Assembly (NCBI GenBank): GCA_963762145.1
Contig: CAVXJS010000011.1
Location: 128,001-192,000 of the forward strand
DNA length: 64,000 bases
Origin: an uncultured Candidatus Rokubacteria bacterium
Lineage (GTDB): Bacteria; Methylomirabilota; Methylomirabilia; Rokubacteriales; CSP1-6
Reading direction: 5' to 3'
The translations under genes and the position numbers were made by a program. Below, in pieces: positions 18,301-28,275 of this stretch. The notes under the pieces were generated by a model. The model saw nothing but the letters and a program-made list of their open reading frames with translations. It did no database searches and had not been told where the DNA came from. Positions within the stretch are counted from its first letter, which is position 1; each line of letters opens with the position of its first letter.

Positions 18301-19824
18301 GTGAGCGAGCAGCGCTACCGGCAGGAACGGGCCCGTATCGAGCAGGGCCACGTCAAGTACCGCGAGAAGCTCAGGGACGAGGGCAAGCTCTTCGTCCGCG
18401 ACCGCCTGAAGCTGCTCCTGGATCCCGGGACCGAGTTCCAGGAGGATTTCCTCTTCGCGCGCAACCAGGAGGCGGACACGCCCGCCGACGGCGTGGTCAC
18501 GGGGGTCGGCACGGTCGGCGGCCGCGCGGTGTGCGTGATGGCCAACGACTACACCGTGAAGGCGGGCTCGTGGGGCGAGAAGACCATCCAGAAGATCGTG
18601 CGCATCCAGGAGCGCGCCCAGCGGCTGCAGGTGCCGATGATCTACCTGGTGGACGCGGCGGGCGGGCGCATCTCGGAGCAGATCAAGATCTTCCCCGGGC
18701 GCTTCCACGCCGGCCGCATCTTCTACAACGAGGTCCAGCTCTCCGGGGTGGTGCCGCAGGTGTGCGTGCTCTTCGGCCCGTCGCCGGCCGGCTCCGCCTA
18801 TCTGCCCGCGCTCACCGATTGCGTGATCATGGTGGACGGCAAGGCAAGTCTCTACGTCGGGTCTCCCCGAATGGTCGAGATGGCCATCGGGGAGAAGACG
18901 ACCCTCGAGGACCTGGGCGGAGCGCGGATGCACTGCACGGTGTCGGGATGCGGCGACGTGCTCGCCGCCTCCGACGAGGAGGCGATCGAGATCTGCCGGC
19001 GATACTTGAGCTACCTGCCCGGCTCTTTCCGCGAGCGGCCCGCCCCCGTCGAGCCGGTCGGCCCGAAGCCGGGCCGGTCCATCGAGGAGATCGTGCCCTA
19101 CGACCAGCGCAAGTGGTTCGACATGTACGAGGTGATCGACCGCGTGGTGGACGCGGGGTCCTTCTTCGAGATCAAGCGGCTCTTCGCGCCGGAGATCATC
19201 GTGGGCTTCGCGCGCCTCGGCGGCCGCGCGGTGGGCGTGGTGGCCAATCAGCCCAAGGTCAAGGGCGGCGTGCTGATGGTGGACTCCTCCGACAAGGCGG
19301 CGCGGTTCATCGCGCTCTGCAACGCCTTCAACGTCCCGCTCCTGTACCTGGCCGACGTCCCGGGTTTCATGGTCGGCAGCAAGGTGGAGCGGGCCGGCAT
19401 CATCCGCCACGGGGCCAAGATGGTCTTCGCGACGTCGCAGGCCACCGTGCCCAAGATCTGCGTGGTCGTGCGCAAGTGCTACGGTGCCGGCCTGTACGCG
19501 ATGTGCGGCCCGGCCTTCGAGCCGGACGCGGCGCTCGCGCTGCCGCAGGGGCAGGTGGCCATCATGGGGCCCGAGCCGGCGGTCAATGCGGTGTACTACA
19601 ACAAGATCATGGAGCTGCCGGAGGGCGAGCGGGCCGCCTATGTCCAGCAGAAGCGCGACGAGTACGCGCAGGACGTGGACATCTACAAGCTCGCCTCCGA
19701 GATGCTGGTGGACGGCATCGTCGGCGGCTCCGAGCTGCGCGACGAGCTGATCAAGCGGCTGGCCTACGCAGAATCCAAGCAGCTCGAGTTCCCCCCGCGC
19801 CGCAATCCGGTCCTGCCCGTCTGA
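18301..19824 (+). CDS. Acyl-CoA carboxylase carboxyltransferase (beta) subunit
   Basis: PADGVVTG, DAAGGRI, ADVPGFMVG..ERAGIIRHGAK, YGAG. Confidence 0.95.
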   Translation: MSEQRYRQERARIEQGHVKYREKLRDEGKLFVRDRLKLLLDPGTEFQEDFLFARNQEADTPADGVVTGVGTVGGRAVCVMANDYTVKAGSWGEKTIQKIVRIQERAQRLQVPMIYLVDAAGGRISEQIKIFPGRFHAGRIFYNEVQLSGVVPQVCVLFGPSPAGSAYLPALTDCVIMVDGKASLYVGSPRMVEMAIGEKTTLEDLGGARMHCTVSGCGDVLAASDEEAIEICRRYLSYLPGSFRERPAPVEPVGPKPGRSIEEIVPYDQRKWFDMYEVIDRVVDAGSFFEIKRLFAPEIIVGFARLGGRAVGVVANQPKVKGGVLMVDSSDKAARFIALCNAFNVPLLYLADVPGFMVGSKVERAGIIRHGAKMVFATSQATVPKICVVVRKCYGAGLYAMCGPAFEPDAALALPQGQVAIMGPEPAVNAVYYNKIMELPEGERAAYVQQKRDEYAQDVDIYKLASEMLVDGIVGGSELRDELIKRLAYAESKQLEFPPRRNPVLPV

Positions 19825-19849
19825 GCGGCGTGTCCGCCGCGGCCCCCGC

Positions 19850-20599
19850 ATGGGCTCGCTGATCCTGGCGATCCGCTTTCTCACGATCGTCCCGGTGCCC
19901 GGTCGCCAGGCGGCGGGCCCGTCGGCGCTGGGCCGGGCCGCCTGGTGGTTCCCCATCGTCGGGTTACTGCTGGGGATCGCGCTGGCGGTCGGGGGACGGG
20001 GGGCGGACGCGCTGTTCCCCCCGCTGGTCGCGGCGGCGCTCCTCGTCACGGGGTGGAAGGTGGCCACCGGCGGGATTCACCTCGACGGCGTCGCCGACTG
20101 TCTGGACGGCCTCGCGGGGAGCGACCCGGCGCGGCGGCTCGCGATCATGCGCGACAGCCGGATCGGCGTGTTCGGCGCCGCCGGCCTCATCCTGCTCTGC
20201 CTCCTGACCGTCGCCGCGCTCGCCGCGCTCGCCGCGTCCCTCCGACTCCGCGTCCTCGTGCTGGCCCCGGTGATCGGCCGGGTGGCGCCTCTGCTCGCGG
20301 GCGCCTGGCTGGCGCCCGCGACGCCGGGGCAGGGGCTCGGCGCCGCATTCGCCGCGGGCCTCTCGCGGGGAGCGGGGCCGGCCCACGTGGTCGCGTCCGG
20401 CGTCCTGGCCGCCTGGCTCCTGGGCATCGGCGGTGTGGCCGTCGCGGCGGCGGCGTGGAGCCTGGCGCTGCTCGCAGCCGCGTTCGTGGCCCGCCGTCTC
20501 GGCGGGCTCACCGGCGATGTGCTGGGCGCCGTCGTGGAGGTGGCCGAGCTCGGAACTCTGCTCGGCGTGGCGGCGGCGGCCCACCGGGGCTGGCTCTGA
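19850..20599 (+). CDS. cobS: Cobalamin synthase
   Basis: FLTIVP, TGGIHLDGVADCLDG, MRDSRIGVFG, GGLTGDVLGA. Confidence 0.95.
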   Translation: MGSLILAIRFLTIVPVPGRQAAGPSALGRAAWWFPIVGLLLGIALAVGGRGADALFPPLVAAALLVTGWKVATGGIHLDGVADCLDGLAGSDPARRLAIMRDSRIGVFGAAGLILLCLLTVAALAALAASLRLRVLVLAPVIGRVAPLLAGAWLAPATPGQGLGAAFAAGLSRGAGPAHVVASGVLAAWLLGIGGVAVAAAAWSLALLAAAFVARRLGGLTGDVLGAVVEVAELGTLLGVAAAAHRGWL

Positions 20600-21207
20600 C
20601 CTCCACCACCGTGTGCCTGGTCCGCCACGGCAGCGTGGTGGGCGCCGAGACCCGCCGCTTCATCGGCCACCTCGACGTGGCCCTCTCGCCGCTCGGCGTC
20701 GCGCAGCTCGATGCGCTCTCGCGCCGGCTCGAGTGCGTCGCGTTCGATGCGATCTACTGCAGCGATCTCGAGCGCACGCGGCACAGCGCCGAGATCCTGG
20801 CCGCGCCCCACGCGCTCACCCCCGTCCGGGACCCGGCCCTCCGCGAGTTCGCGATGGGGGAGTGGGACGGGCTGACCGCCGAGCAGATCCGCGCGCGTGA
20901 TGCCCGCGCGTTCGAGGCGTGGATGGCCGACGTGGGGCGCTTCCAGTTCCCCGGCGGCGAGAGCCTGCCCGACCTGGTCGCGCGGGCGGTCCCGGTCTTC
21001 GAGGCGCTGGTGGCGCGGCACGCGGGCGGCACGATCGCGGTGGTGGCGCACGGCGGGAGCAATCGCGCGATCCTCTGCCACGCGCTCGGGCTCGGCCCGG
21101 AGCGCCTGCTCGCGCTGGGCCAGGACTACGCGGCCCTCTCCGTGCTCGACGGGTCCGCCGGGCGCTGGACCCTGCGTTTGCTGAACCACTGCGAGCCCCT
21201 CCGGTGA
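20596..21207 (+). CDS. cobC: Histidine phosphatase, alpha-ribazole phosphatase
   Basis: LVRHG, SDLER, PGGES, VAHGG; follows cobS; start uncertain (CTG 20596 or GTG 20611). Confidence 0.82.
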   Translation: MTSTTVCLVRHGSVVGAETRRFIGHLDVALSPLGVAQLDALSRRLECVAFDAIYCSDLERTRHSAEILAAPHALTPVRDPALREFAMGEWDGLTAEQIRARDARAFEAWMADVGRFQFPGGESLPDLVARAVPVFEALVARHAGGTIAVVAHGGSNRAILCHALGLGPERLLALGQDYAALSVLDGSAGRWTLRLLNHCEPLR

Positions 21208-21402
21208 CCGTCCGCGGGCCCCGGGCGGCCCGGCTGAGTCACCCGGGCCCGTTTCGCGGCTGACGGTTCCTGTAGGTCGTCTGTCACAACTTGTAGACTC
21301 CCGGGTCGCGCGCTGGAACTGCACCCCTGTCGAACCCAAAACAAGCCAGATATATCAGCCTCTTACCGGCCTAAACGGACGCCAGATCGAGAGCCGATCC
21401 GC

Positions 21403-21418
21403 TGGCATTCGTCTTGCC
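21403..21418 (+). promoter_or_regulatory. Sigma54 -24/-12 promoter of the pilin cluster
   Basis: TGGCATTCGTCTTGCC, GG-N10-GC. Confidence 0.75.
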
Positions 21419-21436
21419 CTGTAGCGAGCCGGGTAT

Positions 21437-21898
21437 GTGGAGGTCATGACCATGCATGCGTTGAACCGATCGAAGTCTCGCGCCGCTGAGGCCGGGTTCA
21501 CCCTGGCCGAGATCCTGGTGGCCTGCGCCATCATCTCGGTGGGACTGGTCGCGGTGGCGACCGGCTTTGGGCTCGGCGTCGATGGGGTGGAGGCCGGGCG
21601 CCAGCAGAGCACCGCGGTGTTCCTCGCCGAGCAGCGCATCGAGCAGGCCAAGGAGCTGGCCATGCGTCAGACGGGTCTGGTGCAGCTCGTCGTCGGCAAC
21701 TTGCCGGCCACCGAGGCGTACGGGACGATCACGGGCGCTCCGCCCAGCTACCGTCGGACCACGACGATCACCGACAATCCGGGCGGCACCGCCGGCAAAC
21801 GCGTCGACGTCGTCGTGTTCTACCGCCCGGTGACCGGGCGCGGCGTGCTCACGACGGAACGGTCGGTGTCGCTGTCCATCTTCCTGGCAAATCGATGA
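21437..21898 (+). CDS. Type IV minor pilin, PilV-like
   Basis: Prepilin motif AGFTLAEILVA. Confidence 0.85.
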   Translation: MEVMTMHALNRSKSRAAEAGFTLAEILVACAIISVGLVAVATGFGLGVDGVEAGRQQSTAVFLAEQRIEQAKELAMRQTGLVQLVVGNLPATEAYGTITGAPPSYRRTTTITDNPGGTAGKRVDVVVFYRPVTGRGVLTTERSVSLSIFLANR

Positions 21899-22587
21899 GG
21901 CGAGGGGACATCATGAACAATCAGCGAGGCTTCACCCTGGCCGAGATGCTGGTGGTCTGCGCCATCGTGGGTCTCGTGATGGCGAGCCTCCTGGGTCTCA
22001 CGATGCAGGGTCAGCAGGCGTACTGGTTCGGGACGACTCAGGTGGACGGCCAGCAGACGGTGCGCGTGGCCATCGAGCGCATGGCCAAGGAGATCCGCGA
22101 GGCGGGCTACGAGCCGCTGCCCGGCGAGACCGACCCTACCGCGTGCCCGAACGCCACGAACTATCCGCTCTACACCTCCGGCGTTCCTTGCTACAAGTTC
22201 GTGCCGGTCACCGCTGCCAGCGCGACCTCGCTCACGCTCCAGTACAACTGGAACGGCTCGACCTGCGCGGTCCCGTGTTCGCCCATCACGACGGGCGCCC
22301 TGGTCACCGATCCGATGGTGTGTCCGACCGCTGCCTGCCGGGGCGAGCAGATCACGTACGCCCTGACTTCCGGCAACATCACGCGCCAGGAGATCGTGGT
22401 GGACGCGTCCCCGGTCGTCATCGCGAGCGGCATCACCAACCTGACCTTCACCTATCGAGACGAGAACAACAACGTCACGGCGTCGACCGACCTCATCCGG
22501 TCTGTCGAGATCTCGGTGACCGCCCAGACCGCGACCAAGGGCGCCTTCGTGACGATGGTCGATCGTATCCGGCTGCGCAATCGATGA
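21895..22587 (+). CDS. Type IV minor pilin, PilW-like
   Basis: RGFTLAEMLV, EIREAGY, C-terminal IRLRN. Confidence 0.88.
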   Translation: MRRGDIMNNQRGFTLAEMLVVCAIVGLVMASLLGLTMQGQQAYWFGTTQVDGQQTVRVAIERMAKEIREAGYEPLPGETDPTACPNATNYPLYTSGVPCYKFVPVTAASATSLTLQYNWNGSTCAVPCSPITTGALVTDPMVCPTAACRGEQITYALTSGNITRQEIVVDASPVVIASGITNLTFTYRDENNNVTASTDLIRSVEISVTAQTATKGAFVTMVDRIRLRNR

Positions 22588-24086
22588 TCCAAGTCACACC
22601 CCGGAGGCCAGTACCGATGAAGACGTGGCGCACGATGCTTGGTGATGAGCGCGGGGTGGCCCTGCCCCTCGCGATGATCATGCTGGTGGTCCTGACGATG
22701 CTCACGCTCACGTTCATGTCCCTGGGGGCGGTCGAGCCCCAGATCTCCCGCAACCTCTCCGACGGCGCCCGCGCCCGGCAGCTTGCCGAGAGCGGGATCG
22801 AGTGGGGATTCAATCAGCTCGCGGGCAAGGCCTTCGACGACGCGACCCTGCTGGGCAGCGGCCTCACCACCGGCGGCGTCAACTGCGGATCGGGCATCGT
22901 CTGCAAGGTGCTGGTGACCGGTCAGGCGATGCCGGGGCTCACCACGACCGCCGGCACGTTCACGGTGACGCTGCGGAACGACCTGAACACGCTCAACACG
23001 GACCAGGCGCTCATCGGGAGCGGCAACACCCTCGACACGAGCACCTCGGTGGACAACAACAAGATCGTGATCCTGAAGTCGACCGGCACCTACAACGGGG
23101 CGAGCCGGACGATCACCGCGGTCGTCCAGCGCGGCAACCTGCCGATCAACGCGGCGGTGAGCCTGCCCGGCGTGCAGGGCGACACCTATACGGACGCGCC
23201 GCCCTGCGCGGGCTGCTACTCCGTCGACGGGCGCGACTGGAAGGACGTCGACACCACCACCAACACCGGGACGGGCCCGCTGAAGTACGCGATGACCGCC
23301 GCCAACAACACGATCGAGGGGATCGCAGAGAGCGGGTTCAATACCCTCGCCAAGCGCGACTACATGCACGGCCTGACCGACGGTGACGGCTACAGCGCGG
23401 CGACCGATGGCGCGAACCTCACCGGGGCGACCGGCAACGGCCGGAACACCATCGCGAGCGACGGCACGCTCACCCCGGCCCTGATCACGAAGTTCATGCA
23501 GAACCTGGCAAGCAATCCGTCGACCCAGATCCTCAACAGCACCATGGCCTGCCAGTACCCCGCGGGTGGCGGCGACCACGACAAGCCCGAGGGCATCAAG
23601 ATGCAGAGCACGGGCACCGCGAACATCGTGACGGTCACGAACAACTGCGTCGGGACCGATCAGATCAACCAGACCGTGAACCTCGGCACGGCGGCCGCGC
23701 CCACGATGCTCTACGTCAAGGGCGAGTACGACCCGAACTCCCTCTTCCGCGGCCTCGGGGTGGATGGGAGCAACGCGATCACCGGCTACGGCATCCTCGT
23801 CGTCGAGGACTCCGACCTGGCCTTCTTCCAGACCGGCCAGTTCCGGTGGAACGGCATCGTCCTGCTCACCGGGCGCAACAACTCGTCCGCGTTCCTCGGC
23901 GCGAGCAACACCGAGATCCGCGGCGCCCTCATCACGAACGAGACGAACACCGCCGAGGTGAGCGGCTTCTCCGAGTTCGCGGTCAAGACGGACGGCAGCA
24001 TGAAGATCCGCGCGAGCAAGGAGAACGTGGACCGGGCCCTCATGGCGCTTTACAACATGCGGATCTCCGCATACCGCGAGAACTAG
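22584..24086 (+). CDS. PilX-like minor pilin with large C-terminal domain
   Basis: ERGVALPLAM (no Glu5), ARQLAESGIE; Thr/Gly/Asn-rich C-terminus. Confidence 0.85.
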   Translation: MIQVTPRRPVPMKTWRTMLGDERGVALPLAMIMLVVLTMLTLTFMSLGAVEPQISRNLSDGARARQLAESGIEWGFNQLAGKAFDDATLLGSGLTTGGVNCGSGIVCKVLVTGQAMPGLTTTAGTFTVTLRNDLNTLNTDQALIGSGNTLDTSTSVDNNKIVILKSTGTYNGASRTITAVVQRGNLPINAAVSLPGVQGDTYTDAPPCAGCYSVDGRDWKDVDTTTNTGTGPLKYAMTAANNTIEGIAESGFNTLAKRDYMHGLTDGDGYSAATDGANLTGATGNGRNTIASDGTLTPALITKFMQNLASNPSTQILNSTMACQYPAGGGDHDKPEGIKMQSTGTANIVTVTNNCVGTDQINQTVNLGTAAAPTMLYVKGEYDPNSLFRGLGVDGSNAITGYGILVVEDSDLAFFQTGQFRWNGIVLLTGRNNSSAFLGASNTEIRGALITNETNTAEVSGFSEFAVKTDGSMKIRASKENVDRALMALYNMRISAYREN

Positions 24087-24088
24087 GC

Positions 24089-24841
24089 GTGCGGATCCTG
24101 CTCCTGGCCGCGGCGCTGCTGCTCGCGGCCTGCCAGGAACCGCCCGCGGATCATCCGGTCACGAGCCAGGTCTCCCCGGCCGCGCAGCTGCAAGCCGAGG
24201 GGGCCGCGCTCATGGCCCGGGGCGACCACGCGGGCGCGATCGAGAAGTTCCGGCAGGGGCTCGATCTGGAGCCCAACAGCGTGCCGCTGCACTTCGCCCT
24301 CGGCACCGCGTATTCGTTCCTCGATCGGCGGCCGGAGGGCATCGCCCAGCTCCGCTGGGTGGTCGCGAACGCCAGCACCGAGTCGACCGAGTACCAGGAG
24401 GCGCGTCGCTGGCTGCTGCGCGCGGGTGCCCTCGTCGACGCGCCCACGGTGGCCAGAGCCGCCGAGACCTCGGCGGCGGAGGCGGCCAAGAAGGTGGTGG
24501 ATCCGGCCGCGCAGGGCTCGGTCGCCGGCGAGACCCGCTGGGCGGGGGTGGCTCCGGCCGAGAACCCGATCCCGATCCGGATGTCGCTGGTGGGCAGCGA
24601 CGACGCCACGAAGCACGTCGGTCAGCGGCGAGACTTCGCCCTGGGTGAGCGCTTCGAGTTCAAGGACGTTCCCGAGGGTCAGTACCGGCTGGTCGGCGTC
24701 TTCGACGACAAGATCATCTGGGACCAGAACATCACGGTGAAGGGCGGCAAGCGGACCGACGTCGCACTGGATCAGGGCGCAAGCACCGTGCCGCCCACCA
24801 CATTCCCGCTTCAGGACCGCGTCCCGAGCTCGTCCCGGTAG
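24089..24841 (+). CDS. TPR lipoprotein with C-terminal beta-sandwich
   Basis: Lipobox LAAC; TPR-like helices; FEFKDVPEGQYRLV. Confidence 0.75.
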   Translation: MRILLLAAALLLAACQEPPADHPVTSQVSPAAQLQAEGAALMARGDHAGAIEKFRQGLDLEPNSVPLHFALGTAYSFLDRRPEGIAQLRWVVANASTESTEYQEARRWLLRAGALVDAPTVARAAETSAAEAAKKVVDPAAQGSVAGETRWAGVAPAENPIPIRMSLVGSDDATKHVGQRRDFALGERFEFKDVPEGQYRLVGVFDDKIIWDQNITVKGGKRTDVALDQGASTVPPTTFPLQDRVPSSSR

Positions 24842-24874
24842 CCGCCGGAACAAATCCGCGGCGGGGCGCGCCGG

Positions 24875-25264
24875 CTAGCGGCGCAGGCCGAGGGCGCCGC
24901 CCCCGATCATCGCCGACGCCACCGTGGCCACCAGCAGGACCAGCACGTACTCGTAGCCGGGGGAGTCCGGCTTCAGGTCGGCCCAGAAGCCGTTCTTCAG
25001 GTGCACGAAGACGATCGCCCCCAGCATGGCGGGGACGTTCGCCAGTGCCGCCCAGCGCGGGAAGATCCCGAGCACGAGACAGATGCCGCCGAGCCCGTGC
25101 GCCAGGATCAGGTACCACGTGGCGAGCTCCGGGAAAGGCACGCCCGCCTTGGTCTGATAGGCCACCATTCCCGAGGGACCGAAGACGACCAGCGCGAGGT
25201 AGGCGTGCATGATGTAAACGACGCCCAGGATCACCCGGAGCAGCATCGCGCCGTAGGACGCCAT
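24875..25264 (-). CDS. DoxX family membrane protein
   Basis: LLRVILG..YIMH, GIFPRWAA, VHL..GF, GYEY. Confidence 0.88.
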   Translation of the reverse strand: MASYGAMLLRVILGVVYIMHAYLALVVFGPSGMVAYQTKAGVPFPELATWYLILAHGLGGICLVLGIFPRWAALANVPAMLGAIVFVHLKNGFWADLKPDSPGYEYVLVLLVATVASAMIGGGALGLRR

Positions 25265-25284
25265 GGGGCCTCCTTCCCTGGCTC

Positions 25285-25980
25285 TCAGGGCTTGCGGAAC
25301 ATGATCTCGCCGAAGTAGGCCTCGGCCGAAGAGCGCGTGTCGTTGGAGTCGATGGAGATCGAGACCGCGCCCACGTCTTCCGACGGCGCCTCCCCGTAGA
25401 TCTTCCGGTAGTCCTCGAGCACATTGCGGGTCTCGGTCAGCCACTTGCCCAGATCGGCCGGTCCCGATCGGACCACCACGTAGGTCACGAGGCCCGTCTT
25501 CTCGCTCTTGAACACGGCGCCGGCGGGCGCGGTGGTGTCCCAGATGTAGGAGATGATGCGCGAGCGGACCTGGGTCGGGAACCGCGGGAAGGTGACGTAG
25601 AGCTGCGCGGCCTGATCGTCGGTCGCGGACTTGCGAGCGTCGCCTCCCTTGGGGAGGGTCACCGCCTGCCAGCTCCACGTCAGGATCGACAGGCTCTTGA
25701 CGTCCACCTTGATCTCCTTGGAGATCGTCGAGCTGTCGTTGTTGCTCTTGATGCTGAGCGCCTTGCGGCCGTCCTGGGTGACGATGCGAAAGTCGAACTT
25801 GGGGCTGCCCCAGCTCTGTCCCTTCCACCCGTCCGGGATGCCGGTCTTGCCGTCGGGCTGCTGCGACCAATCCTCGACGAGGAACGTGGGCGGATCGGCC
25901 GCGGACAGGGGCCCGCTCGTGACGAGCGTCATCGCCAGCAGCGTCATCCAGGCCGTGAATGCGATCGCCGCGCGGAACAT
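25285..25980 (-). CDS. DUF3047 exported protein
   Basis: Signal peptide; LTWSW, DDQAAQLYVTF, ISYIWD, W..ETRNVLEDY, DSNDT. Confidence 0.85.
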   Translation of the reverse strand: MFRAAIAFTAWMTLLAMTLVTSGPLSAADPPTFLVEDWSQQPDGKTGIPDGWKGQSWGSPKFDFRIVTQDGRKALSIKSNNDSSTISKEIKVDVKSLSILTWSWQAVTLPKGGDARKSATDDQAAQLYVTFPRFPTQVRSRIISYIWDTTAPAGAVFKSEKTGLVTYVVVRSGPADLGKWLTETRNVLEDYRKIYGEAPSEDVGAVSISIDSNDTRSSAEAYFGEIMFRKP

Positions 25981-26027
25981 GGCCGGCTCAGTGTCTCACG
26001 GGGTCCATGTGCTACGGTAAAAACCTG

Positions 26028-26393
26028 ATGCCGGACGTGCGGATCGACAAGTGGTTGTGGGCGGCGCGCTTCTTCAAGAGCCGCACGCTCGCCGCGACCG
26101 CCTGCAACGGCGGGAAGGTGCACGTCAACGGCGACGCGGCCAAGCCATCCAAGGCGGTGCGGCCCGGCGACATGCTGCGCGTGACGCTCCCGCGAATTCG
26201 CCGCGTCGTGCGCGTAGTCGCGCTCGCCGAGCGACGGGGCGGCGCGAGCGAGGCGGCGGTGCTCTACGAGGATCTCACTCCGCCCCCGCCGCCGCGCGAG
26301 GCGCGCCCGGCCCCGCCCGCCTATCGTCCGCCGGGCGCGGGACGTCCCACCAAGCGCGAGCGCCGCCGCATCGACCGCCTCGGCGACGGGTAA
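26028..26393 (+). CDS. hslR: S4-domain ribosome-associated heat shock protein Hsp15
   Basis: VRIDKWLWAARFFKSR, RRGGA..A..LYED, GRPTKRERR. Confidence 0.93.
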   Translation: MPDVRIDKWLWAARFFKSRTLAATACNGGKVHVNGDAAKPSKAVRPGDMLRVTLPRIRRVVRVVALAERRGGASEAAVLYEDLTPPPPPREARPAPPAYRPPGAGRPTKRERRRIDRLGDG

Positions 26394-26431
26394 GGGCGGT
26401 TGCGCTCACCGCACCCCTCTGTTACGGTCTG

Positions 26432-26615
26432 CCCGTCCATGGTGTCCGGGCGGCCCGCCGGGTGCGGGCCCCAGGGAAGGCGGTGCGAATCCGCCGCGAC
26501 CCCGTCACTGTAATCGGGTACGAAACCCGCGATCGGCCACTGCTCCGGCCCCAGCCGGATCGGGAAGGCGCGGGGAGTAGGACGATCCGAAAGCCAGGAG
26601 ACCTGCCCGGACGCT
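26432..26615 (+). ncRNA. Cobalamin riboswitch
   Basis: AGGGAA-ggcGGTGCGAATCCgcc..CCCCGTCACTGTAA..GCCACTG..GGGAAGG..AGCCAGGAGACCTGCC upstream of cobU. Confidence 0.93.
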
Positions 26616-26648
26616 GCCACCCGCGCCGGTCCTCGAGGGAGGACCGAG

Positions 26649-27224
26649 GTGACGGCCGTGCACTCCTCGCATCTCGTGCTGGGCGGCGCCCGTAGCGGCA
26701 AGAGTCGCCACGCGGTCGAGCGGGCGGCGCAGTGCGCGCGGCGCGTGGCCTTCCTGGCGACCGCGCGGGCGCTGGACGGCGACATGGCCGCGCGCATCGC
26801 GCGTCACCGGGCCGAGCGTCCGTCCGGCTGGACCACGCTGGAGGCGCCGCAGGATCTCGTGGAAGCCTGCCGCCGTGCCGCCCCCGCGCATGACCTGATC
26901 CTCGTGGACTGCGCCACCGTCTGGGTCGCCAACCTGATGGAGCGCGGCGACGACGACGCGGCGGTCCTGGCCGCCGCCGACGACCTGGCCACGCTCCAGC
27001 GGGAGCGCGTCGTCTCCCTCCTCATCGTCTCGAACGAGGTGGGCGAGGGCGTGCATCCCCCGACCGAGCTCGGACGCCGCTTTCGCGACCTCCTCGGATT
27101 CGTCAACCAGCGCCTGGCCGCCGCCGCCGATCGGGTGACCCTGATGGTCGCGGGCATTCCGATGGCGGTGAAGGACACGCCGCCGCTCCCGACCCGTCGC
27201 GAGCCGACCCATGAAGCTCCCTGA
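26649..27224 (+). CDS. cobU: Adenosylcobinamide kinase/guanylyltransferase
   Basis: GGARSGKS, RIARHRAER, VSNEVG.G, FRDLLG.VNQ. Confidence 0.95.
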   Translation: MTAVHSSHLVLGGARSGKSRHAVERAAQCARRVAFLATARALDGDMAARIARHRAERPSGWTTLEAPQDLVEACRRAAPAHDLILVDCATVWVANLMERGDDDAAVLAAADDLATLQRERVVSLLIVSNEVGEGVHPPTELGRRFRDLLGFVNQRLAAAADRVTLMVAGIPMAVKDTPPLPTRREPTHEAP

Positions 27225-28275
27225 CGTCATCCCGTTGCCGGATCCCGGCGCCGAGCTCGAGGTGCGCCGGCGCCTCGATGAGCTCACCAAGCCGCCGGGG
27301 AGCCTGGGGCGGCTCGAGGAGCTGGCGGTGCGGCTCGCCGCCATCACGGGGATCTGTCCGCCGCCGCTCAGGGACCCGGTGATCTTCACGCTGGCGGGTG
27401 ACCACGGCGTGGTCGCGCAGGGAGTGAGCGCCTACCCTCAGGTCGTCACCGCCCAGATGGTGGAGAACTTCCTGCGCGGTGGCGCGGCGGTCAACGTCCT
27501 CGCGCGCCACGCGGGCGCGCGCGTCGTGGTGGCGGACCTGGGCGTGGCGGTGTCGCTGCCCCGGCATCCGGATCTGCGGGACTGCAAGGTGGCGCCCGGC
27601 ACCGCGGACATGACCCGCGGGCCCGCGATGACACCCGCACAGTGCACGCGGGCGATCGAGGCGGGCATCGCCCTGGTGGAGGCCGAGCGCGCCCGCGGCG
27701 CGGACCTGATCGGCACCGGCGAGATGGGGATCGGCAATACGACCGCGGCCAGCGCGATCGTGGCCGCCCTCACCGGCGCGTCGCCGGAGAGTGTCACCGG
27801 TCCGGGTACGGGCATCGACGCGGCTGGCCGGCGGCGGAAGGTCGAGGCCATCCGGTTGGCACTGGCCGTGAATCGGCCGGATGCGGCCGATCCCCTCGAC
27901 ACCCTTGCCAAGCTCGGGGGCTTCGAGATCGCCGGGCTCGTGGGCGTCATCCTGGCCGGCGCCGCGGGGCGCCTGCCGGTGGTGCTCGACGGCTTCATCG
28001 CCGGGGCGGCCGCCCTCGCCGCCGTCCGGATCCGACCTGAGGCGCGCGCAGCACTGCTCGCCGCGCACCGCTCCGCCGAGCCGGGCCATGCCCGCGTTCT
28101 GGAGGCCCTGGACCTCGAACCCTACCTCGATCTCGGTCTTCGCCTGGGGGAGGGGACCGGTGCGGCCCTCTGCATCGGTCTGGCGCGTGCCGCGGTCGGC
28201 GTCCTGTCGGACATGGCGACCTTCAAGTCGGCCGGCGTGTCGGATCGTCCGCACGTCCCGGGCGGTCGATCGTGA
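27211..28275 (+). CDS. cobT: Nicotinate-nucleotide-dimethylbenzimidazole phosphoribosyltransferase
   Basis: LTKPPGSLGRLE, GDHGV, GEMGIGNTT, LRLGEGTGA. Confidence 0.97.
   Translation: MKLPDVIPLPDPGAELEVRRRLDELTKPPGSLGRLEELAVRLAAITGICPPPLRDPVIFTLAGDHGVVAQGVSAYPQVVTAQMVENFLRGGAAVNVLARHAGARVVVADLGVAVSLPRHPDLRDCKVAPGTADMTRGPAMTPAQCTRAIEAGIALVEAERARGADLIGTGEMGIGNTTAASAIVAALTGASPESVTGPGTGIDAAGRRRKVEAIRLALAVNRPDAADPLDTLAKLGGFEIAGLVGVILAGAAGRLPVVLDGFIAGAAALAAVRIRPEARAALLAAHRSAEPGHARVLEALDLEPYLDLGLRLGEGTGAALCIGLARAAVGVLSDMATFKSAGVSDRPHVPGGRS

Noticed and set aside
17158-20067. 969-aa minus-strand ORF and similar long antisense ORFs (31065-34775, 52292-55483)
   Set aside because: High-GC shadow frames opposite well-supported genes, with no recognisable motifs
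19945-20595. Long N-terminal extensions on cobC, cobQ, acpS, hcp and tonB in the ORF track
   Set aside because: Upstream in-frame starts overlap the preceding genes; coupled downstream starts fit better
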